Shown in pieces: positions 57,717-64,000 of a stretch of 64,000 nt of DNA. A program made the position numbers and the translations under genes. The stretch lies in the IMG/VR virus record IMGVR_UViG_3300027849_000009. One strand, written 5' to 3'. This DNA comes from a virus. Each line of letters begins with the position of its first letter. Within the stretch, counting starts at the first letter, position 1. Under the pieces are notes generated by a model, which worked only from the letters and a program-made list of their open reading frames with translations, did not search any database and was not told where the DNA came from.

Positions 57717-59192
57717 ATGCAAACAATAACCCTGAAAATGAAAGATTACTCGATGCTTCAATTGGTGGAGTGTGACCCTGATGTGGTCCATGAATTGAGT
57801 GAACACTTTACATTTGAGGTACCTGGTGCGAAGTTCATGCCCGCTGTAAAGAAGCGGTTGTGGGACGGCAAGATAAGAATGCTGGATCGTAACACAGGAC
57901 AGATCAATGCAGGGTTATACTATGCTATAAAGAAGTTTGCTATGCAACGTGGGTATGGCATCAAGGTGGACGAAGGTGCTTACGGTTTCCCGTACGAAAC
58001 TAACAAAGTCAATCACTTAGAGACTATGAATTGGATGGATACTTTAGGTATTCCATTCAAACCTCGCGACTATCAGTATGATGCTATAACACATGCAATC
58101 ACATATAAGCGATGCATTCTAATATCACCGACTGGTTCTGGCAAATCCTTTATCATCTATCTGTTAATGCAATGGTACATGGCGAATCATGATAAGAAGA
58201 TTCTTGTTATTGTTCCGACAACATCTCTTGTTGAGCAGATGTATGCTGACTTTAAATCATACGGAATGGATGTAGATAACGAAGTACACAAGATTTATTC
58301 TGGTAAAGATAAAGAGACTGATAAGCGTATTGTTGTCACAACATGGCAGTCCATCTATAAGTTACACCCAGTTTGGTTCGAAAACTATGGTGCTATCTTT
58401 GGTGATGAAGTACATGGATTCAAGTCGAAGTCCTTATCATCTATTATGAACAAAGCAAAGAATGCTGAATATAGATGGGGAACAACAGGCACACTCGACG
58501 GTACTCAAGTACATAAGTTAGTACTAGAGGGACTATTTGGTCCAGTACATCGTGTTACTACTACACACGCACTACAAGAAAATGAGACATTAGCAAAACT
58601 CGATATTGATATCATACTGCTGAAGTATGCCGAAGAGTTTTGTAAGTTGACCGAAGGCAGGACTTACCAAGAAGAGATTGATTTCATTGTATCATATGAG
58701 AAGCGTAATAACTTTATTGCAAACCTCGCAATCAATCAGAAAGGAAATACGCTAGTACTATTCAACTTAGTTGATAGACATGGTAAAGTTCTACGTGATT
58801 TAGTAGAAGATAAACTTAAAGAAGGACAAAGGATATTCTATGTTAGTGGGGAGACGAAGACAGCAGATAGAGAGCAGATCCGTAATATCGTTGATAAGCA
58901 TAATAATTGTATCATTGTTGCCTCTCTTGGCACTTTTTCTACTGGTATTAACATTCGAAATTTGCATAACATTATATTCGCGTCTCCGAGCAAGTCTCAG
59001 ATACGTGTACTCCAGTCTATCGGGCGTGGGTTAAGGCAGAGTGATGATGGTTCAACTGCTAAGTTATATGATATAGCAGATGATCTACATATAGGTAAGA
59101 AAGCAAACTTTACTCTTCGCCATAGTGCGGAAAGAATAAAGATATATACTAGTGAGAAGTTTCCCTATAAGATAACTCAGGTTGATATATGA
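57717..59192 (+). CDS. uvsW: SF2 DNA helicase UvsW
   Basis: 'PRDYQ', 'SPTGSGKS', 'GDEVH', 'LQSIGRGLR'. Confidence 0.96.
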   Translation: MQTITLKMKDYSMLQLVECDPDVVHELSEHFTFEVPGAKFMPAVKKRLWDGKIRMLDRNTGQINAGLYYAIKKFAMQRGYGIKVDEGAYGFPYETNKVNHLETMNWMDTLGIPFKPRDYQYDAITHAITYKRCILISPTGSGKSFIIYLLMQWYMANHDKKILVIVPTTSLVEQMYADFKSYGMDVDNEVHKIYSGKDKETDKRIVVTTWQSIYKLHPVWFENYGAIFGDEVHGFKSKSLSSIMNKAKNAEYRWGTTGTLDGTQVHKLVLEGLFGPVHRVTTTHALQENETLAKLDIDIILLKYAEEFCKLTEGRTYQEEIDFIVSYEKRNNFIANLAINQKGNTLVLFNLVDRHGKVLRDLVEDKLKEGQRIFYVSGETKTADREQIRNIVDKHNNCIIVASLGTFSTGINIRNLHNIIFASPSKSQIRVLQSIGRGLRQSDDGSTAKLYDIADDLHIGKKANFTLRHSAERIKIYTSEKFPYKITQVDI

Positions 59193-59677
59193 TGAACGAA
59201 TTAGATTTTGCACAATTTAAGTTAGCAAGCGGACACGAAGTTGTCTGTGAAGTATTAGAGTGGACCGATCCTGCTATTCCAGACTCTAAAGAAATTATTA
59301 TTAAAAATGTTATGCAGATAATTAATGGTCAAGTCAACGAGTCTGGTGAAAGCATTTTCATGTTTCGCCCTTTCGTTAATTTCTGTGAAGGCGAGAAAGA
59401 ATATATGGTGATGGATATGAGTCATGTTCTTACGGTGAATCGACCTAACAAACATCTTACTGCCGAGTTCATCTATGCAGTAGATGAGATGAATGCTATT
59501 GCTCAGGATAGGGATGATGAAGTTGCTGAAGCAGAAGAATTATTTGCACAGAACCTAGAGAAGAATAAAGGACGCTTAGAAGCATCGATGAAACGTGTTA
59601 TGAGCAAAGATGGTGATAATGTTGTTCAGTTTCCTTTTATGAAGAATAAACCAGAAGACGATGATATTATTCACTGA
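59189..59677 (+). CDS. Hypothetical protein (possible Sm-like fold)
   Basis: 'QFKLASGHEVVCEV' N-terminus. Conserved-looking slot between uvsW and gp55. Confidence 0.65.
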   Translation: MMNELDFAQFKLASGHEVVCEVLEWTDPAIPDSKEIIIKNVMQIINGQVNESGESIFMFRPFVNFCEGEKEYMVMDMSHVLTVNRPNKHLTAEFIYAVDEMNAIAQDRDDEVAEAEELFAQNLEKNKGRLEASMKRVMSKDGDNVVQFPFMKNKPEDDDIIH

Positions 59678-59721
59678 GTGTCTAAAGAGTTTTTCTTTGT
59701 GATTAAAAACGTGCTAAGTGC

Positions 59722-59750
59722 ATTATACTATAAATGAAGAAGGATGTCAA
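59722..59750 (-). promoter_or_regulatory. Consensus sigma70 promoter on the minus strand (antisense to upstream genes)
   Basis: Reverse complement reads TTGACA(59750-59745)-17 nt-TATAAT(59727-59722). Confidence 0.65.
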
Positions 59751-59776
59751 CCTTTTTCTTTAATTATTTTTACTAC

Positions 59777-59805
59777 TTGACAACCGTTCATTAATAGTGT
59801 ATAAT
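59777..59805 (+). promoter_or_regulatory. Consensus sigma70 (early) promoter
   Basis: TTGACA(59777-59782)-17 nt-TATAAT(59800-59805). Confidence 0.88.
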
Positions 59806-59837
59806 GGACTCTATATTAAAAGAAATGGCATTATATT

Positions 59838-60314
59838 ATGAAAATTGGTTTCACTTGCTCCGCATTCGATCTGCTACATGCTGGTCACGTACAGATGCTC
59901 CGCAACGCAAAAGAACAATGTGAATATCTTATAGTAGGACTTCAAGTTGACCCTCAACTAGATCGACCCACAAAGAACGCACCCATCCAAACTATCGTTG
60001 AACGCTACACGCAACTTCAAGCGTGTTCGTATGTTGACGAGATTGTCCCATACAGCACCGAACGTGACCTCACTGACATTCTTTCTATGTACGATATAGA
60101 TGTACGTATACTTGGCGAAGAATATAAAGATAAAGAATTTACTGGCAGAGACCTCTGTCGTAAGCGCGGTATGCACATCTACTTTAACGAAAGATCCCAC
60201 AGATTCTCATCTTCTGATTTAAGACAGAGAGTGGTTGACAATCAGAAAGAAGTAGTGTATAATAAACCAACAAACGAAGTTACACAAACCCTTAACCCGA
60301 GTAAGCAAAGATAA
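59838..60314 (+). CDS. Cytidylyltransferase, glycerol-3-phosphate cytidylyltransferase (TagD)-like
   Basis: 'GFTCSAFDLLHAGH' (HxGH), 'LIVGL', 'ERY', 'VDEIVPY', 'RSHRFSSSDLR'. Confidence 0.88.
   Translation: MKIGFTCSAFDLLHAGHVQMLRNAKEQCEYLIVGLQVDPQLDRPTKNAPIQTIVERYTQLQACSYVDEIVPYSTERDLTDILSMYDIDVRILGEEYKDKEFTGRDLCRKRGMHIYFNERSHRFSSSDLRQRVVDNQKEVVYNKPTNEVTQTLNPSKQR
60235..60263 (+). promoter_or_regulatory. Consensus sigma70 promoter for gp55, inside the cytidylyltransferase 3' end
   Basis: TTGACA(60235-60240)-17 nt-TATAAT(60258-60263). Confidence 0.8.
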
Positions 60315-60925
60315 TGAAAGAACCAACAAAGAAACTAAAACCGAAAGAGAAACCGCATTACGTTAATAATGCTCTGTTCTCACAGTCGGTAGTAGACTAT
60401 GTTGCATCTAAGAATGCCGCAGTAGCGAAGGGCGAAGTACCACCAATCGTCACTAACTACATTGCGGAATGCTTTTTAAAGATATGTGAAGGACTATCAC
60501 ACAAAGCAAATTTCGTCCGATATACGTATCGCGAAGAGATGGTAATGGATGCTGTAGAAAACTGCCTTAAAGCAATTGAAAACTATAATCTGGAGACTGC
60601 TACACGAACTGGTAAACCTAATGCATTTGCATACTTCACACAGATTAGTTGGTATGCGTTTCTTCGTCGTATCGAGAAAGAGAAGAAGCAACAGGACATT
60701 AAAGTACGCTACTTGTCAGAGAGTGGTTTGTCCGAACTAGTGAGTAGTGAATTGCTTGATGCCGGAGTACAACAGCAGACACAAGCGTTTGTCGAAGAGT
60801 TGCGTGGTAGAATCGACTATGTTAAGTCCAATGATAGACTCATTAAAGAGTATGCCAAAGACACAAAGCGTAAACGTCGAAGTCGCTCTGTTGATTCTGA
60901 TTTGACTGGTCACTTTGAGGAATAA
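60314..60925 (+). CDS. gp55: Late-transcription sigma factor
   Basis: 'HYVNN..F', 'YIAECFLKICEGLSHKANFVRYTYREEMVMDAVENC', 'NAFAYFTQI.WYAFLRRI.KEKKQ'. Confidence 0.96.
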   Translation: MKEPTKKLKPKEKPHYVNNALFSQSVVDYVASKNAAVAKGEVPPIVTNYIAECFLKICEGLSHKANFVRYTYREEMVMDAVENCLKAIENYNLETATRTGKPNAFAYFTQISWYAFLRRIEKEKKQQDIKVRYLSESGLSELVSSELLDAGVQQQTQAFVEELRGRIDYVKSNDRLIKEYAKDTKRKRRSRSVDSDLTGHFEE

Positions 60926-60927
60926 CG

Positions 60928-62001
60928 GTGAAGATTGCTTTTCTAAATGACACCCATTGTGGTGTAAGAAATTCTTCTGAAGTCTTCATGGACTATCAAG
61001 AGAGATTCTATCGCGATGTATTCTTTCCATATCTGAAAGAGAACGGTATTACTAAGATTGTACATCTTGGTGATTATTATGAGAATAGAAAGACCATTAA
61101 CTTTAAGGCACTAGAACACAATCGTAAGATATTCCTAGAGAAACTTCGTGAGTATGGTATACACATGGACATTATCCCGGGCAATCACGATGTGTACTAC
61201 AAGAACACGAATCAACTGAATGCTCTAAAAGAACTACTCGGACATTATATGGCAGAGGTTCGTATCATCGAAAAACCTACTGTTGTTAATTATGATGGTC
61301 TTGATTTTGCACTTGTTCCGTGGATAAACCAAGATAACGAAAAGCACACGATGGAGTTTCTTGCTACGTGTAAAGCATCTCATGTAGGTGCGCACTTGGA
61401 GTTAGAAGGGTTTGAGATGCAAGCGGGTATCCCTTGTGTACATGGTATGAAATCATCGACGTTCGATAGATTCGAAATGGTTCTATCTGGTCACTTCCAT
61501 ACCAAGTCACAGCAAGGACCGATTCATTATCTTGGGTCACAGTACGAGTTCTTCTGGTCTGATGCACATGATCCTAAGTACTTCCATGTCCTAGACACAG
61601 ACACTCGTGAACTGACACCTGTACATAATCCACTACGTATCTTTGAACGTGTATACTATGATGATACAGTAGAGAAAGCAGACTACAAGTATGGCATTGG
61701 TGAACTACCTGACGTAGACCATAAGTATGTTAAGTTAGTTGTAGTGAACAAATCTAAACCTAAATTGTTCGAGAAGTTCGTGGATCGTTTGCAGATGAAA
61801 CAGATACATGAACTGAAGATTGCAGAGAACTTTTCTGAGTTTATGGGTGATGATGTTGATGATGATAAAATAAATGTTGACTCTACCGAAGATTTGTTGT
61901 ATACTTACATAGACGCTGTAGATACAGTCTTAGATAAAGATCGTATCAAAGGCGAAGTTCGACAATTAATGATTGAGGCACAGACCCTAGATATAGTATG
62001 A
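60928..62001 (+). CDS. gp47: Recombination endonuclease subunit (Mre11/SbcD-like)
   Basis: 'DTHCG', 'LGD', 'GNHD', 'SGHFH' phosphoesterase motifs. GTG start. Confidence 0.95.
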   Translation: MKIAFLNDTHCGVRNSSEVFMDYQERFYRDVFFPYLKENGITKIVHLGDYYENRKTINFKALEHNRKIFLEKLREYGIHMDIIPGNHDVYYKNTNQLNALKELLGHYMAEVRIIEKPTVVNYDGLDFALVPWINQDNEKHTMEFLATCKASHVGAHLELEGFEMQAGIPCVHGMKSSTFDRFEMVLSGHFHTKSQQGPIHYLGSQYEFFWSDAHDPKYFHVLDTDTRELTPVHNPLRIFERVYYDDTVEKADYKYGIGELPDVDHKYVKLVVVNKSKPKLFEKFVDRLQMKQIHELKIAENFSEFMGDDVDDDKINVDSTEDLLYTYIDAVDTVLDKDRIKGEVRQLMIEAQTLDIV

Positions 62002-63704
62002 TAATATTTAAAAAACTAAGATATAAGAATTTCTTATCGACTGGTGATAGTTTCACTGAGATCCAACTGAATCGTTCTAGGTCTACTCTTGTAGTAGGTC
62101 AGAACGGTGCAGGTAAGTCTACGATGTTGGATGCTCTGTCATTCGCACTGTTCGGTAAGGCACATCGGAGTATCACGAAGAATCAGTTGATCAATTCTAT
62201 CAACAACAAAGGAACTGAAGTTGAAGTAGAGTTCTCTGTTGGTGTAAGTGAGTATAAGATTCATCGTGGTATTAAACCTAACACTTTCGAGATATGGAAA
62301 GATAATGTTCTGGTCAATCAGGACAGTCACAACAAGGAGTATCAGTCAGTACTTGAGAAGAATATTCTGAAGTTGAATCACAAATCGTTTCACCAGATAG
62401 TTGTTCTTGGATCATCTTCATTTGTTCCATTCATGCAACTCCCTGCTCAACATAGACGAGATGTGATCGAAGACCTACTTGACATTAACGTATTCTCTAA
62501 GATGAATGGTATTCTTAAAGAGCGTATGTCTGTGCTACGTGAGAAGGGTCGGACTAATCAAGTTCAGTTAGAGTTGATTCGTGATAAGATTAAGAACCAA
62601 GAACGATATGTAAACACACTTCGTCTACTTAGTTCCGAACAGAAAGCGAAGAAGCAGGTAGAGATAACTGAGTTAGGCGAGAAGATTGATGAACGTATAG
62701 CAACTAATACTGCTGATCTTGAGCATGAACTGACACAAGTAAAGTCACAACTTGCTAAGATAAACAAGCAGAGAGTAGAGTTCGAGAAGTACGACCATCA
62801 GTTTCAGGTTAAACAGAAAGAACTTGCGAAGGAAATTAAATTCTATGAAAGTAATGACATCTGTCCAACCTGTGACCAGGACATCGAAGAATCCCTTAAA
62901 TCAACAAAAACAGCACACGCACGAACTAAGGGAGAAGAACTCGAAGAAGGTAGAACCCAAGCGTCCACCAAAATCAACGAACTCGACGATAGACGTGGAA
63001 GTGTAGAGACGCATAGCAAGCAACTAGTCTCTGCTATTAATGATGTACATATCAGCAATGCTCAAGTGAACGAGTGGCAGAAACGTATGTCAGTTCTTCA
63101 GAATGACCTTATTAAGATTGATGAAGAGACAGCAAGTATTGATGAGGCATTAGAGGCGAAATCAGAACTCGAATCGAGCAAGCAAGTTTTACATGATGAG
63201 CATATCGTGATTGCTGATGAAGGATCATACGGTGTTGTTATAGCAGAACTGTTGAAAGATACTGGTATTAAAACCAAAATCATTAAGCAGTACTTGCCTG
63301 TCATTAATAAACTGACGAATCAGTATCTCCAGATTCTGGACTTCTATGTCTCGTTTGACCTAGATGACACTTTCAAAGAAACTATTCGTTCGCGTCACCG
63401 TGATTCGTTCTCGTATGATTCGTTCTCTGAGGGTGAGAAGCAACGCATCGATCTGGCGTTACTATTTACTTGGCGTATGATCGCTAAGATGAAGAACAGT
63501 GTTGCCACTAATCTGCTGATACTAGATGAGACTTTTGATTCATCTCTTGATGCTGATGGTGTGGATAACCTGACTAAGATAATTGATAGTATGGATGGTG
63601 ATTCTAGCATCTTTGTTATCAGTCATAAAGGAGCAATCCTGGAGCAATACTTTGATTCGAAGATTGAATTCATTAAAGAGAAAAACTTTAGTAAAGTCGC
63701 TTGA
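61998..63704 (+). CDS. gp46: Recombination endonuclease ATPase subunit (Rad50/SbcC-like)
   Basis: 'GQNGAGKS', zinc hook 'CPTC', 'FSEGEKQRIDLALL', 'LILDE'. Confidence 0.96.
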   Translation: MIIFKKLRYKNFLSTGDSFTEIQLNRSRSTLVVGQNGAGKSTMLDALSFALFGKAHRSITKNQLINSINNKGTEVEVEFSVGVSEYKIHRGIKPNTFEIWKDNVLVNQDSHNKEYQSVLEKNILKLNHKSFHQIVVLGSSSFVPFMQLPAQHRRDVIEDLLDINVFSKMNGILKERMSVLREKGRTNQVQLELIRDKIKNQERYVNTLRLLSSEQKAKKQVEITELGEKIDERIATNTADLEHELTQVKSQLAKINKQRVEFEKYDHQFQVKQKELAKEIKFYESNDICPTCDQDIEESLKSTKTAHARTKGEELEEGRTQASTKINELDDRRGSVETHSKQLVSAINDVHISNAQVNEWQKRMSVLQNDLIKIDEETASIDEALEAKSELESSKQVLHDEHIVIADEGSYGVVIAELLKDTGIKTKIIKQYLPVINKLTNQYLQILDFYVSFDLDDTFKETIRSRHRDSFSYDSFSEGEKQRIDLALLFTWRMIAKMKNSVATNLLILDETFDSSLDADGVDNLTKIIDSMDGDSSIFVISHKGAILEQYFDSKIEFIKEKNFSKVA

Positions 63705-63729
63705 CATCCCTAAAGTTCTATGTTATAAT
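63701..63729 (+). promoter_or_regulatory. Consensus sigma70 promoter upstream of gp45
   Basis: TTGACA(63701-63706)-17 nt-TATAAT(63724-63729) with extended -10 TGt. Confidence 0.85.
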
Positions 63730-63760
63730 ACACCCATAAACAAACAAACTGAGATATATT

Positions 63761-64000
63761 ATGGAATTAACTGAAAAGACTATGCAAGTTCTCAAGAACT
63801 ATGCTACTATCAACCCAAACATTGTGATCACTGAAGGCAATGTAATCAAGACTGTATCAGAAGCAAAGAATGTTCTAAGTTCTGTTGAACTAGATGTAAC
63901 ATTCCCGCAGACGTTTGGTATCTATGAACTAAGCGAGTTCCTAAGTGTTCTATCTCTGGTAGATTCACCACGACTCAAGTTCGAAGACACTTATGTCCTT
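63761..64000 (+). CDS. gp45: Sliding clamp, 3'-truncated
   Basis: Translated by hand: MELTEKTMQVLKNYATINPNIVITEGNVIKTVSEAKNVL...FPQTFGIYELSEFLSVLSL. Follows gp46. Confidence 0.92.
   Translation, partial: MELTEKTMQVLKNYATINPNIVITEGNVIKTVSEAKNVLSSVELDVTFPQTFGIYELSEFLSVLSLVDSPRLKFEDTYVL

Noticed and set aside
46432-59192. Inteins, introns or homing endonucleases in gp17, gp20, gp23 or uvsW
   Set aside because: ORFs are continuous and of normal length, with no intein or endonuclease motifs.
63583-63774. 63-aa ORF overlapping the gp46 end
   Set aside because: Out-of-frame overlap spanning the gp45 promoter. The real next gene starts at 63761.
1-64000. tRNA, rRNA, integrase or transposase genes
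   Set aside because: Intergenic gaps are short and none showed such structures or motifs on reading. A tRNAscan/Infernal run would be needed to exclude small RNAs formally.

Overview
This window is a 64 kb, entirely plus-strand segment of a T4-like (myovirus) phage genome, of the marine non-coliphage type. It covers the virion morphogenesis region and the start of the replication region. The order is: baseplate hub; gp5 split over several genes with muralytic domains; gp25, gp6, gp8; a VrlC/DUF4815-like protein; fibre genes; neck gp13-15; a relocated gp7; terminase gp16/17; sheath, tube and portal; the prohead genes; MCP gp23; gp3; uvsY/uvsW; gp55; gp47/46; and the start of gp45. T4-type late promoters (TATAAATA) precede the structural genes, and consensus sigma70 promoters precede the replication genes. 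The main finding is a 3508-aa Tyr/Gly tetrad-repeat protein whose repeat blocks are mirror-symmetric around a central non-repetitive domain (3x21-tetrad and 5x8-tetrad blocks on both arms). This suggests a giant out-and-back hairpin fibre. It is followed directly by a putative chaperone, a glycosyltransferase and a 2OG-Fe(II) oxygenase, which may modify it. Other notable signals are strong Asp-Ser(Ala/Val) enrichment in fibre proteins, a 1647-aa protein with eight phycobiliprotein-like KCxRD repeats inserted into a beta-helix, and a back-to-back pair of perfect sigma70 promoters. All product calls come from motif recognition by eye; no database search was run.
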